Counted from the first letter of the stretch, positions 19,616 through 29,240 are shown. The stretch: DNA of 64,000 nucleotides from a virus (IMGVR_UViG_3300042934_000125:2886-66885), one strand, 5' to 3'. Made by a program: numbers and translations. Notes: generated by a model not told the origin, from the letters alone.

Positions 19616-21033
19616 TAGAATCCACCACCGTTAGGTATAGGTTGTTGAGTTGGACTGTTAGGGTCTTCATTGCTCATGTTAGCTTGTTGGAACTTCGCCA
19701 TATCCTTAGCGTAAATGTCCTGCTCCGCTTGTAGCTTTTCAAGAATGTAAGTAGGGTCATCGATAAATGGCAATAGGGACAGCAATGTTTCTTTGTCCAC
19801 GACACCATTCAGCAAGCCTACAACCTCTGCAATCTCATGTAGGTTATCTGGTACATTACGAGAGAAAATAACTTGTACCTTTGTCATGTCAAACTTCTCA
19901 GCCGATTTGATGCCAAGAGGTACAGAGATCAGCTTCAGTAGCTTACGGATGGCTTTTGTCATCTTACGCTCTTTCACGATGCATTTGTTCTCCATCGAGA
20001 ATAGTTTGAACTTGATAGCGACACCCGACAGATTACCTGCAAACTTCTCGTCAGATAGGTTAGGGATTTGAGTAAACTTGTAAATGTTCTCTTCGAGTCT
20101 GTCCAGATGTGCGTTAACCGCATCCGTCTGTACATCCTTCGTCAAGAACTTAGCGTCCCCGTTCTCCATGACCTCAATTACACCTTGTTCCTTTAGCTTC
20201 TGCAAGCTGTCAGAGGAAAGAACCATATTCTTCAGAACCAAGTATGCGTTCCGATATGCCTCATGTTCATTGGATTGGTCTGAGATGATTTTATCGTAGT
20301 CGTTGACCAGAGAGATTACTTTCTCGAAATCACCCATTTGCTCCTCGTTGTTCTCAAACTCGACTAATGGAACATCTCCGAAGATATGAGGCTCTGGGTT
20401 CACTTCACGAGTGTCATCTAAGAAATAGTTACCGTTAACTTCTTTCCAGTACGTAATTTCAACAGCATCATAAACCTCCACGTATTTTACAGGCTCTGGC
20501 TTGGCTTGTGCGCTCGATACGGCACTGGACGTGGCTACATTCAATTCATACACTCGCAAGGCGTAGAGCACCTGATTCTGCTTGCTTGCGTCATAGATAA
20601 AAATGGTTTGCTCGGCGGGTAAGCGAATAAGCTGAGTCATAGCCTCTTCGTCCTGATAAATCATAATTGCCGACTTACCTTTGATGGACATTTCCTTGCC
20701 AACTTCCATGAACAAGTCATCTGCCTCATTTTCTGAGAAGATAGCGTCCAATTGATCTTGTTGACGTTCGGAGTCAATGTTGACTACGATTGGTTTCCCT
20801 AAGAAGTAACCTGTCACATCATCTACGATTTGCCCGTAATAGTTATTAACCAATTTGTTGTTTGGTTTATTAACATCCGTGATCACACGTTCTGCAATAT
20901 CGTGTTCCCCGCAATATAGAGCATATAGCTTATTGAACTTACCTACGTCAGACTTATAGTGAGCAGTTACCAGTTCCTGAATCATCTTACTGTCCATTGC
21001 TGTATCACGACTCATGTATATTTTTTGTTTCAA
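19615..21033 (-). CDS. Portal protein (SPP1 gp6-like)
   Basis: PNNKLVNNY, H.FG.VP..EF.NNEE..GDFE, F.GN.SGVA.KFK motifs. Confidence 0.93.
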   Translation of the reverse strand: MKQKIYMSRDTAMDSKMIQELVTAHYKSDVGKFNKLYALYCGEHDIAERVITDVNKPNNKLVNNYYGQIVDDVTGYFLGKPIVVNIDSERQQDQLDAIFSENEADDLFMEVGKEMSIKGKSAIMIYQDEEAMTQLIRLPAEQTIFIYDASKQNQVLYALRVYELNVATSSAVSSAQAKPEPVKYVEVYDAVEITYWKEVNGNYFLDDTREVNPEPHIFGDVPLVEFENNEEQMGDFEKVISLVNDYDKIISDQSNEHEAYRNAYLVLKNMVLSSDSLQKLKEQGVIEVMENGDAKFLTKDVQTDAVNAHLDRLEENIYKFTQIPNLSDEKFAGNLSGVAIKFKLFSMENKCIVKERKMTKAIRKLLKLISVPLGIKSAEKFDMTKVQVIFSRNVPDNLHEIAEVVGLLNGVVDKETLLSLLPFIDDPTYILEKLQAEQDIYAKDMAKFQQANMSNEDPNSPTQQPIPNGGGF

Positions 21034-21054
21034 GATTTTTCCCCCTTCATAACG

Positions 21055-21090
21055 TCATACAGTCTTAGCTATAAGGGGGAACATTTTAGA
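21055..21090 (-). promoter_or_regulatory. Putative late promoter (portal)
   Basis: TCTAA-N16-GCTAAGACTGTATGA. Confidence 0.55.
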
Positions 21091-21109
21091 ATTTGAATGT
21101 CACTCGTGA

Positions 21110-21203
21110 TAATAATAACTAATATATTTACGAAGTAAATATTAGTTATTATTAAGTATTATTATAGAGGGCGCAAATTTGCGACGTCATCGGACTAAAG
21201 CGT
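21110..21203 (-). repeat. Dispersed element copy 2 (inverted)
   Basis: Reverse complement ACGCTTTAGTCCGATGACGTCGCAAATTTGCGCCCTCTATAATAATACT plus palindrome at 21110-21154. Confidence 0.9.
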
Positions 21204-21210
21204 TAAAGAA

Positions 21211-21963
21211 TTATCGCTTCTCAGCTACCTTAATTAACTCCTGAATTGACTCCTCAATGTTGTCAGCCCATTGGCTAATTTCCCCTCTATAATTCTTCGT
21301 CAGCTTGCAAACAGAGGTGAAAGTTTTCTTTGCCATGTGGTAGGCATAAATCTGGAAAGGTGTTTTTCCTGCCACTGTTTGAACCTTCTTATTGTCCTGC
21401 TGTCCAGAATGCCCGATCACTACCGCTGTACCTCCATCATCATGAAGACGGGTAAGGATAAGACGAAGAGTGTCGATGTCCTTAGCGTTCTGTGCTTCAT
21501 CTATGATCAGGAATGTACCTTTCATATTCGTTCCGCGTAGTGCTGTATCTGTCTCTAAAGACACCTTTTCGGCTCTAATTAACATCTCAAACGCCTGTTT
21601 AGAGACTTTCAACTCCTTCAGAGCATCGAAGAACGGAACAAATAGCTTCTGTGTCTTTTCCTCCAAGTTACCTGAGAGATACCCATTCTGGAGATAACGA
21701 TCATCTACCAAACGGATGTAAACAATCCTGTCAGCCTTACCTGTTCTTAGAGCATTAAACGCTCTTTCTACTGCCAGTGTCGTTTTACCTGAACCACTCG
21801 GAGCATCTACGAACACTACCTGAGAATTATCGATAGCTTTTAGATACTTACGCTGTTCCGCGTCAGGTGCATAGTCGAGTTTCGTCAGATAAGGATTTAC
21901 TTCTTGCTTAGGTTCTCTTTTCACTTGTTTTGGCATAAGATGCCTCCTTTTGTTTTTTGGCAA
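21211..21963 (-). CDS. phoH: PhoH-family ATPase
   Basis: APSGSGKT Walker A, GYL.G.LEEK, LRG, IIDEAQN, LTR and Q.D motifs. Confidence 0.9.
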   Translation of the reverse strand: MPKNKRRHLMPKQVKREPKQEVNPYLTKLDYAPDAEQRKYLKAIDNSQVVFVDAPSGSGKTTLAVERAFNALRTGKADRIVYIRLVDDRYLQNGYLSGNLEEKTQKLFVPFFDALKELKVSKQAFEMLIRAEKVSLETDTALRGTNMKGTFLIIDEAQNAKDIDTLRLILTRLHDDGGTAVVIGHSGQQDNKKVQTVAGKTPFQIYAYHMAKKTFTSVCKLTKNYRGEISQWADNIEESIQELIKVAEKR

Positions 21964-22216
21964 GACGGTCTGTCAACTTCTGGATATACTCTTCATCGTC
22001 GGCAATGCGGATAAGGCTAATGAGCAGATATTTTGAATAGTCCACAGGAATCTTCTTATTCAGGACTACATCTATCAATTGCTTCGCCTTGTGATAACTC
22101 TGGATGTGCGTGTGTCCGCTTCTATACGGCTTGGCATGGTTATAGACGATAAATCCATAATCAAGCCTGTAAACGGCAAATGAGCGCCTCCTATAGACAT
22201 GCTCTTTAAATCCCAT
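21908..22216 (-). CDS. Hypothetical phage protein
   Basis: AGGAGG RBS; IVYN..K....GHTH motif. Confidence 0.65.
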   Translation of the reverse strand: MGFKEHVYRRRSFAVYRLDYGFIVYNHAKPYRSGHTHIQSYHKAKQLIDVVLNKKIPVDYSKYLLISLIRIADDEEYIQKLTDRLAKKQKEASYAKTSEKRT

Positions 22217-22464
22217 GACATCCCTCCTTCACAATGCTTATCTGCAAGAAGGTCAGTCTGAGAATCTGGACATGAAAAAAGACGGGTACGATTTCTCGCC
22301 CCGCCTCTATGCTTGCTTATGCGTTTTGGTTATAAGCTCTCGCCTCTTGATTTCTCGTCGGCACTCATTGATGAATCTCCGTATCGTAAGTGAGCAATAA
22401 TCAAGTCCCATATTCGTGATCCTATGTAAGGTTTCATCACTTAGGAATACGGGATTCTTAGGGG

Positions 22465-22911
22465 TCAACCTGTCTGCGCCTCCTGCTGAAATTCCCCCTC
22501 GGAGTGCCCTTCTTCCTGTGCGGAATGTTGCATATCTTGACCTTCTTCGGCTTGATATGATCCGTCTTCTATGTCATTTTCGCTACCGTCAGAGTCCTCG
22601 ACAGGTTGCATCTGTTCTTCCATCTTGCCGATAGTGGCTACCGCTACGGTTCGATCTGTTTTGAATACTCTCGGCTTCAGCGTCTCGCCTGTGTCTGTTT
22701 TGAACCAAAAGCCGTCCATTTCGAAGTACATTTGAGTGGATTTACGTTTGTCATCCCACCAGAAGTCAACATCTTCACCATCGACCTTCTTTTTGACCGC
22801 TACCCAGTTACGTCCCCCGACATTGCTCATTTTTGGCTTAGGGAACTTCCCGCAAAATACTTTAACTCCTTTAGCTGTGAACATTTTCATGGCAATTAGC
22901 CACCTCTCCAT
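22465..22911 (-). CDS. Hypothetical protein with acidic tail
   Basis: ORF track; GGAGAGGTG RBS favours a start near 22890. Confidence 0.55.
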   Translation of the reverse strand: MERWLIAMKMFTAKGVKVFCGKFPKPKMSNVGGRNWVAVKKKVDGEDVDFWWDDKRKSTQMYFEMDGFWFKTDTGETLKPRVFKTDRTVAVATIGKMEEQMQPVEDSDGSENDIEDGSYQAEEGQDMQHSAQEEGHSEGEFQQEAQTG

Positions 22912-22969
22912 ATTAAGTTACTTGCTCATATTCTTACTCTACCAGATTATGGCTTGTCATATCAAGTAC

Positions 22970-23182
22970 CTAAACAGATTCCCGCCAATAGTCAGTGAAG
23001 TCGATTCGTTCCGTTCTTCGATACACTACAGTCCATGTGAACGGAGGTTCGTCGGCTACATAGAATCCTTGCTTAATCATCGTTTCCTTGTGCTTCTTCA
23101 TCTCTGTATGATTGCTATACTTAAATACCTTCTCTGTGATTTGAGTCGTGGATAGTTGATTCATTTCTGTACTCCTTTTCAT
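22970..23182 (-). CDS. Hypothetical protein (paralog of 23121..23318)
   Basis: Shared EK.F.Y....EM.KH..TM...G motif. Confidence 0.6.
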   Translation of the reverse strand: MKRSTEMNQLSTTQITEKVFKYSNHTEMKKHKETMIKQGFYVADEPPFTWTVVYRRTERIDFTDYWRESV

Positions 23183-23318
23183 AGGTTACTGTCAGGCGTT
23201 CGTCTAAAGATGTCTTCCATCCCAATGCTCGCATTGTAAATCTATGTTTAATCATCTCGGGGATCGAATCATATGTGAATTTCTCCCGTTTTACCAGTAC
23301 AGATTGCACACGTCTCAT
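23121..23318 (-). CDS. Hypothetical protein (paralog of 22970..23182)
   Basis: GGGAGGT RBS; shared motif. Confidence 0.6.
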   Translation of the reverse strand: MRRVQSVLVKREKFTYDSIPEMIKHRFTMRALGWKTSLDERLTVTYEKEYRNESTIHDSNHREGI

Positions 23319-23383
23319 TCTGTCTACCTCCCGCGCTCTTAGCGTCTTATATGATTAGGGAGTCTGTCACCCTCCCGCGTTGT

Positions 23384-23560
23384 CTACTTCAGTTTCTTGT
23401 ACTCTGCTTCGTACTGAGCAATCTCGGCTTCTATCAGGGCTTTATCGAACTCTCGCCCTTCGTAGTGCGCTATGTTCCGTTTTGATCTCAGCTTTGTGAT
23501 TCTCGTTTTAATTTGTGCTTTACGGTAAGTTCTCTCATTTGTCACCTTCCACGATTCCAC
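23384..23560 (-). CDS. Small hypothetical protein (58 aa)
   Basis: AGGAGGTG RBS, GTG start, directly downstream of the promoter at 23581; manual translation. Confidence 0.5.
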   Translation of the reverse strand: MESWKVTNERTYRKAQIKTRITKLRSKRNIAHYEGREFDKALIEAEIAQYEAEYKKLK

Positions 23561-23580
23561 CTTATCACCTCCTACTTAAT

Positions 23581-23609
23581 ATTATACATGTTCCTATATT
23601 GTAAGTCAA
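23581..23609 (-). promoter_or_regulatory. sigmaA promoter with TATAGG spacer box
   Basis: TTGACT-tacaatataggaacatg-TATAAT. Confidence 0.85.
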
Positions 23610-23666
23610 GCCTTGAGACAAAAAAAAAACAGGCAAGCATTTCTGCTCACCCGTTTTGTGCTACTC

Positions 23667-23768
23667 CTATGCTTTCTTCCTTTTCCTTTCAGCGTACATC
23701 CCAAGCAGGAAAGGTATGATTGCTACTGCTATGAACTCTAATAAACCTTGTGCGGCGTCCCAGATCAT
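23667..23768 (-). CDS. 33-aa single-TM peptide
   Basis: MIWDAAQGLLEFIAVAIIPFLLGMYAERKRKKA; GAGGAGG RBS, own promoter and terminator. Confidence 0.65.
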   Translation of the reverse strand: MIWDAAQGLLEFIAVAIIPFLLGMYAERKRKKA

Positions 23769-23822
23769 TTTAATTGTCCTCCTCGATGGTAATCATCCAC
23801 AATGTATTTGCCTTACTGATTT

Positions 23823-23851
23823 ATTATACATAAACCTATATCATATCGCAA
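23823..23851 (-). promoter_or_regulatory. sigmaA promoter with TATAGGTT box
   Basis: TTGCGA-tatgatataggtttatg-TATAAT. Confidence 0.8.
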
Positions 23852-23854
23852 GCA

Positions 23855-24073
23855 TTACTTTCCAAGGGACTGCAATTCTGCGGGAAGCTGAATGACTCCC
23901 AATGATTGAAGCTGTCCAACGGTTACATTATGATCGATGATGTTAAGTATTGTCCCATAGCAAGTGGCTACACGAGACTTAACGCCTTCCAGATACTCAG
24001 TCAAGTCCATGCCTTCCGTCAGAGTATGTTCATCTCTCAGGAACTCTAAAATATTAGTTGATGTATACTCCAT
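23855..24073 (-). CDS. Hypothetical protein
   Basis: GGAGAGGAG RBS; similar small ORFs often neighbour amidoligase genes. Confidence 0.6.
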   Translation of the reverse strand: MEYTSTNILEFLRDEHTLTEGMDLTEYLEGVKSRVATCYGTILNIIDHNVTVGQLQSLGVIQLPAELQSLGK

Positions 24074-24154
24074 GTCTTATCTCCTCTCCACATCTCCCAG
24101 AATGCCCTCTAATGGACAAAACAAAAGGTAGGGCTTGTACACCCTACCTCTTAC

Positions 24155-25060
24155 TTAAAACGGCACTACCATGGGGTTAAACACTTCTGGTGCTACTTGC
24201 TGTTCTACTTTGTTGTATGACACGAAACTCTTACGGCGTTTTCTGATGTAGTAAGCGATATCCGTCCCGCCGATATCGAACTCAATGTTCATGTGTCTTG
24301 CTCTCATGTTCTCGTCGTTCGCTTCGCGTTCAAGCATTTTCGCTGTCTTCGGTCTTACCTTTTTAGTGGCAAGTGCCATTTCCAAAATTCTATTTGTAAG
24401 GCGTACCCACATCTCGATTTTTTCAAAGTCGATTGTTCCGCTATGCCCTCTAAACTCAATTGTACCGTGTTTGACATATGAACAAGTGTTAATGTGGTAG
24501 TAACGCTTCTCAGTGTAATAGTGGCTTCCTGCTCCGCAGATGTCAACTCTGAAATCAGCCATCGTATCACATGCAAGCACTTTCTCAAGTTGCGCTCCTT
24601 CAATCGGCTTGCAGAAGCGGTTATCTTCGCGTCTACTAAGTGGTAGCATAGTCATCATTGTTTCCTCGTGCTTTGCCCACATTTGATAAAGGTTTTTAAA
24701 TTGCTCAAGTGTAGTGTAATCCGAAGCGTCATGATGTACATGCAATCCGCAACGTTTGTCCACTTTTGCTCCGACTTCTTCAAGCGTTTGGCATACGATT
24801 TGAAGTTCACGGAAGTCGCTTAGTACTGGGCTAACGATTTCGGCTCCACCTTGTACCGAAGCGTCTGGTTCTACTTTCCATTCATTGTAATCATAGTGCT
24901 GAGCGGATGATAACGCTCTTGCTCTCAAGCCTTTCGCTCTCAGCTTTGCCGCAAACTCTTCTTTCGTAACTACCAGTTCAGCGATCTCCATTTCTACTCC
25001 GAATTTGAATGCTCGTACCATTTTGACTCTCAGTAGTTCCATCGCATTTTTGTTTCCCAT
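24155..25060 (-). CDS. Putative amidoligase (COOH-NH2 ligase type 2, Amidoligase_2)
   Basis: FGVEME, W..E.DASV, EIVSPVL, CGLHVH, RY..IN, HGTIEFR.H.GT motifs; RBS favours ATG at 25060. Confidence 0.9.
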   Translation of the reverse strand: MGNKNAMELLRVKMVRAFKFGVEMEIAELVVTKEEFAAKLRAKGLRARALSSAQHYDYNEWKVEPDASVQGGAEIVSPVLSDFRELQIVCQTLEEVGAKVDKRCGLHVHHDASDYTTLEQFKNLYQMWAKHEETMMTMLPLSRREDNRFCKPIEGAQLEKVLACDTMADFRVDICGAGSHYYTEKRYYHINTCSYVKHGTIEFRGHSGTIDFEKIEMWVRLTNRILEMALATKKVRPKTAKMLEREANDENMRARHMNIEFDIGGTDIAYYIRKRRKSFVSYNKVEQQVAPEVFNPMVVPF

Positions 25061-25109
25061 GTGTGTCACTCACCTTTTCTCTGTTTGTGTGTTTCAACCT
25101 TATATCCCT

Positions 25110-25138
25110 ACTATACACTAACCTATATAATATTACAA
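25110..25138 (-). promoter_or_regulatory. sigmaA promoter with TATAGGTT box (amidoligase)
   Basis: TTGTAA-tattatataggttagtg-TATAGT. Confidence 0.8.
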
Positions 25139-25182
25139 GCCAACAGACAAAATAATTGATAACTTTATTTTCGTCCCTTTAC

Positions 25183-25211
25183 TTGACTTATTATATAGGT
25201 TGTACTATAAT
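25183..25211 (+). promoter_or_regulatory. Divergent sigmaA promoter with TATAGGTT box
   Basis: TTGACT-tattatataggttgtac-TATAAT. Confidence 0.88.
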
Positions 25212-25250
25212 AAAGGAGTAAGGCAAACAAACAGAAAAGGTGAGTGGAAC

Positions 25251-25445
25251 ATGAAAGAAGGATCGAAACTGTACGCGCTGAATGATCAAGAATTACTAAC
25301 GGTGATCATCGCACTGAGAAAGATGGAAACGCAAGAAGCCGCTGACGTGGCGATGTACTTAGTGTATATGCAACATGCACAATACAATGAGACAGCGATT
25401 CAACAAGTCGCCGCGGGAATAGAGTTAGAGAAGGAGAAGCCCTAA
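25251..25445 (+). CDS. Hypothetical 64-aa protein (only credible plus-strand gene)
   Basis: Own promoter, AAAAGGTGA RBS, terminator AAGCCCTAACGGGCTTTTT at its end. Confidence 0.75.
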   Translation: MKEGSKLYALNDQELLTVIIALRKMETQEAADVAMYLVYMQHAQYNETAIQQVAAGIELEKEKP

Positions 25446-25480
25446 CGGGCTTTTTCTCTTTGGACATCCAGAGCGCGGGA

Positions 25481-25699
25481 CTATTCAGAGTCCTCCTCTT
25501 CTTCCTCCAAGCTATCAACCTCGTATACGGCGATATTAACTCCCTTTTCCTGAAGATATAACATGCCCATTTGGACTTTGGCTAACTCCAGAACTGCCAT
25601 CGTTTCAGTCTTCGTCAATTCATTATCTAAGATGGATACTGCGTCTGCTACTACGTCATACTCAATTACGATTGTCTTTTTCATGCTGTATCCCTCCAT
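25481..25699 (-). CDS. Hypothetical acidic protein
   Basis: ORF track; directly follows terL. Confidence 0.55.
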   Translation of the reverse strand: MEGYSMKKTIVIEYDVVADAVSILDNELTKTETMAVLELAKVQMGMLYLQEKGVNIAVYEVDSLEEEEEDSE

Positions 25700-25702
25700 A
25701 TG

Positions 25703-27226
25703 TTAAATTCTGAATGCGCCTCGATCAAGAACCCTTGCTTGCCCGCCTTGCTCTGCTACCGTCATAGCGAAATCCATACCATCAAATAAGTCATCATGCT
25801 CAACCTCGGGGAACAAGAGTAAGGTTTCCTCTAAATCTTGCATATTGTCCCTGAAGAATACCTTACCATTCTCAAACAGAGCCGATCTACGTAGTGCCCT
25901 ACTAATTTTATCCCTTACTGTCTTGATATTGATCAAAGGAAGGGTACTGCTTCTGCGAAGTTCTTGCGCCATCGCCAATTGGTAAGCGTTTGTCTCAATA
26001 CCGATACGCTCAACCATGGGGAATTTATCATATCCGTATTGCATGATCTTAGTGAACTGAGCATCAAACGTTAAACGCTCTTTTACATAGTCAAGAATAA
26101 AGATATTCTTTTCGTCATCCAGACCGATTACCATAAGGACGAAGTAATCCGCTGAACTCTGCTGAGAGACTGCTAAGTCGATACCCATATAGACCTTTAC
26201 TTTCTTTTTATGGGATTGTCCTTCTCTGTCACGATATGTAACATAGACCTCATTCGACTCCGTAATGGTGTAGCCGTCAAAATGTCTGAAGTATTCAGGC
26301 TTGTAGATGTTACCTTTAGCTAACTCTACGTCATTCTGATACTGCATCCCGAAGATGATCGATCCAGACTCAATACGTATCTTTTGTACAGTTGGAAGGT
26401 CGAACTTATCTGCCCATAGGCTAAACTCTTCACCTTGCTTCAGTTCTGCAGGAATGATTCCTTTATCCCGCCAAGTACGATGCGATTTCTTGCTCTCGTC
26501 AAACTTGTTAATCGACATCTGAATCTGGACATGGTAGTTACCTGAGTCAATGAAGTTCTGGTACAAGTCAAGAGGATGGTATCTCGTTCCGAGAATATGC
26601 ATCTCACCCTCTGGTTCGAGTGTTGGTGATAATGCTGAGTAGAACCATTCCTTCAGCTTCACCCGCTGTGATTCTGTACGGGCATTTTCAAACCCTACTA
26701 AGTCATCTGCAATGATAACGTCAAAGTGCTTCGATACAACCGCACCAGACGCGCCTAAAGCGGTCATAGTTGCTTCTTTTTTGATAATGGTACGTGTGTT
26801 CACTGTAAATTGAGTATCGTTCCATTGCTTCTTGTTCTGCATATCCCCGAATACTCGAATAAGATCGTCATTTACTTCAAAGTGTTGTCTCACCTCCTTT
26901 AAAAAGGCTTGCGCGATACCTTGTGATTTAGAGCCTACCATCATCCGAATGTTAGGTTCTCGGAGGATTTTAGTGATGCAATAATCTACGTCACCTACTG
27001 TGGACTTACCATGACCACGCGGAGCAAGATCAAGGGTAAATCTATGACTTGATATATGTCTAATGATCTTTAGATGTAAGGGCTGAAGATTACGCTTAGT
27101 GATGAATCTACAGACCGTCAAGTATGCGGCTTCGAAGTCATCCCCCATAACCATTTCCCGTACATATGCATCTGGGACGCCTTGTGAACCATCGAAGCTA
27201 TAACACCAATTATCCCGCTTTATCAT
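25703..27226 (-). CDS. terL: Terminase large subunit
   Basis: APRGHGKS Walker A, IIADD Walker B, GTRYH, QYQN, GIDLA...ADY and HDDLFD nuclease motifs. Confidence 0.93.
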   Translation of the reverse strand: MIKRDNWCYSFDGSQGVPDAYVREMVMGDDFEAAYLTVCRFITKRNLQPLHLKIIRHISSHRFTLDLAPRGHGKSTVGDVDYCITKILREPNIRMMVGSKSQGIAQAFLKEVRQHFEVNDDLIRVFGDMQNKKQWNDTQFTVNTRTIIKKEATMTALGASGAVVSKHFDVIIADDLVGFENARTESQRVKLKEWFYSALSPTLEPEGEMHILGTRYHPLDLYQNFIDSGNYHVQIQMSINKFDESKKSHRTWRDKGIIPAELKQGEEFSLWADKFDLPTVQKIRIESGSIIFGMQYQNDVELAKGNIYKPEYFRHFDGYTITESNEVYVTYRDREGQSHKKKVKVYMGIDLAVSQQSSADYFVLMVIGLDDEKNIFILDYVKERLTFDAQFTKIMQYGYDKFPMVERIGIETNAYQLAMAQELRRSSTLPLINIKTVRDKISRALRRSALFENGKVFFRDNMQDLEETLLLFPEVEHDDLFDGMDFAMTVAEQGGQARVLDRGAFRI

Positions 27227-27267
27227 GTGTTCCCCTTTCTGGACATAAAAAAAGAGCCTTTCGGCTC

Positions 27268-27516
27268 CTATTCAATCCTATATCGTTTATCGATCTTTAC
27301 CTCAAATGCTCCTAACTTCTTGATAACGTTCTGCAATTCAATCGGAGTAGGGAAGCTATTGAATACATACTTTAATGGACTTTTGATCTCGTCACCTGCA
27401 AAATCATAGGCGACCACGTAGTAAATTTCCCTCAACTTAGGTTGACAGTTGGGACAATTTCTCCCCATATGGCTTTCACAATTCATTCCGCTTCTACCTC
27501 CTTGAATACGCCGCAA
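27268..27516 (-). CDS. Hypothetical protein (Cys/His-rich N-terminus)
   Basis: ORF track; GGAGGT RBS favours a start at MNCESH. Confidence 0.5.
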   Translation of the reverse strand: MRRIQGGRSGMNCESHMGRNCPNCQPKLREIYYVVAYDFAGDEIKSPLKYVFNSFPTPIELQNVIKKLGAFEVKIDKRYRIE

Positions 27517-27710
27517 TCGAGATTATTGATTACTACGCTCTTATGGTAAGCTATGCAATTAAGATCAGGTTCATTTGACATATTCGCGTAAAGAGTGTCG
27601 CCCCTGTCCCAGACCACTACCATATACTTCTCATTAAACTCATACATCGTATATACATGATCTTTATTATTATGGTAAATGAACTTTGTTCCGCTTTTCA
27701 ATGCTCTCAT
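27483..27710 (-). CDS. Hypothetical protein
   Basis: GGGAGG RBS; resembles the N-terminus of 31278..31886. Confidence 0.6.
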   Translation of the reverse strand: MRALKSGTKFIYHNNKDHVYTMYEFNEKYMVVVWDRGDTLYANMSNEPDLNCIAYHKSVVINNLDCGVFKEVEAE

Positions 27711-27752
27711 GTTATATTGCCTCCCATTATGGTATGAAAAAAGGGCTAAAGA

Positions 27753-27956
27753 TTAGCCCAGTTTATTCGTTTCTCTCAGATCACGCTTCAATGTGTAATT
27801 CTCGTTGTTGAGTTTTGTATTCATGTCCAAGAGTTGATTATTCTCTTGACGCAAACGATCAGCTTCCTTACCGTTCGCACTCTCGATCTTTGTACATGCT
27901 ACAACTACAATTCCGAACATGAAGCTAATTAAGACCCATACCCATTGCCATGTCAT
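27753..27956 (-). CDS. Hypothetical membrane-anchored coiled-coil protein
   Basis: N-terminal hydrophobic segment followed by heptads. Confidence 0.55.
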   Translation of the reverse strand: MTWQWVWVLISFMFGIVVVACTKIESANGKEADRLRQENNQLLDMNTKLNNENYTLKRDLRETNKLG

Positions 27957-28330
27957 TATTTGTACGCTCCTGTCTTGCCGTATAAGGCTGAATTATACCC
28001 GAGAACACGGCTGTTAATATCAACACCTTCAGACAACTCTCTGATACGCTTTTGCATCTTCTTGATATCTGCCCGATACTTGGCAATGAGATATCCTCGG
28101 CTGATATCAAATTCATCAGTAGGATTACATCTTGCTACACCCTTTGTACCATCCTCAAGGATGACTACAGTGGTACGATCTGCATAGTTGTAGATCACCT
28201 TATGAGACGATTCTGAGTTCTGAATGAATTGCTCTTGAATCAAAGAACCGTCTGGGTTTGTAATGATACTGTTGAAAGTAGATGGAAGGTTGCGGTAATG
28301 ATGAATTTTAACTGATGATTGCTTCTTCAT
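27956..28330 (-). CDS. Hypothetical phage protein
   Basis: TVVIL.DG.KGVARC.P.D.FD...G..IA..RA motif common in phage proteins. Confidence 0.7.
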   Translation of the reverse strand: MKKQSSVKIHHYRNLPSTFNSIITNPDGSLIQEQFIQNSESSHKVIYNYADRTTVVILEDGTKGVARCNPTDEFDISRGYLIAKYRADIKKMQKRIRELSEGVDINSRVLGYNSALYGKTGAYK

Positions 28331-28332
28331 GA

Positions 28333-28609
28333 TTACTTCGCCTCCAAGATCAGTTTGTATTGTGCTGAAGGATAATGCATCGTGAAGTGTTTCGAGGTAA
28401 GTTCTTCTTGAAGTTTTTCCTCAGTCAAGTTACTATTCCATGCACCTGATCCACTGATTGACATCATATCATACCTCAAGCCACTATAAGACTCACCATC
28501 ATATCTACGGTGTTGCATTACGATGTACAGATTACCTGCCATTTGAAGGATGTCTCCTGCTTGTACTGGGTACTTCACCTGTTTTGGTACGTTAACTTGA
28601 AGTTGCATT
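28333..28609 (-). CDS. Hypothetical protein
   Basis: AAAAGGTGG RBS supports MQLQV start; the longer track ORF runs through the upstream promoter. Confidence 0.6.
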
Positions 28610-28655
28610 GTTTGTTTCCACCTTTTCGTTGGTTTATTTTGCCCTACACTTAATC

Positions 28656-28683
28656 TAATCGTGTGCAGTTCGGGGACTAAACC
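28656..28683 (-). promoter_or_regulatory. Phage-type (middle) promoter
   Basis: GGTTTA-N17-GATTA. Confidence 0.7.
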
Positions 28684-28703
28684 AACCAACGAAAAAGTTT
28701 TTA

Positions 28704-29240
28704 TTATTCCCCGTCTAAGATACTATGTGCTTCTGCCTTAATTGCCGATGCCATTTCCTTAATGACTTCCCTGTCAGATTCCGTTAGACCTGTATTCGTC
28801 TGATTGACCTTTGTGATCTCCGTGGATTCACCTAATAGAAGCATATCCAGTTTCACAAGCCTCTCCAGATCACTCACGTTCCTTGCGCGGAACTTATCAT
28901 CCTTGAAGTCCTTTACGATTTGCCCTACCATCGCCTTAATTAGCTTTCTATACTGTGATTTCTCCTCTACTACTGCTGAGATCGTCGTCTCGCTCAATCG
29001 GCGGGAGATTTCGATGTCATACTGATTACATCTATCCTTCCAGTTAAAGCGTCTCGACCACTCATACAGCGTTCTAAGCGTCTTTCCTGTATGTTCGGCT
29101 ACTCGCTCATAGGAACGATCTTTACCGAGATTATAGTAGTATTCAAATGCGGCTCTTTGGAACGGCTTTTCCACTTTATACTTACCATCTCCTGCCGCTT
29201 CGATTACCTCTTCAGATGGTTCGATGTAGTTTTCCTCCAT
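28704..29240 (-). CDS. terS: Terminase small subunit (putative)
   Basis: AFEYY..LG..RS...VA HTH, WS.RFNW..R, D..RLVKLD..L.GE.T; upstream of terL. Confidence 0.75.
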   Translation of the reverse strand: MEENYIEPSEEVIEAAGDGKYKVEKPFQRAAFEYYYNLGKDRSYERVAEHTGKTLRTLYEWSRRFNWKDRCNQYDIEISRRLSETTISAVVEEKSQYRKLIKAMVGQIVKDFKDDKFRARNVSDLERLVKLDMLLLGESTEITKVNQTNTGLTESDREVIKEMASAIKAEAHSILDGE

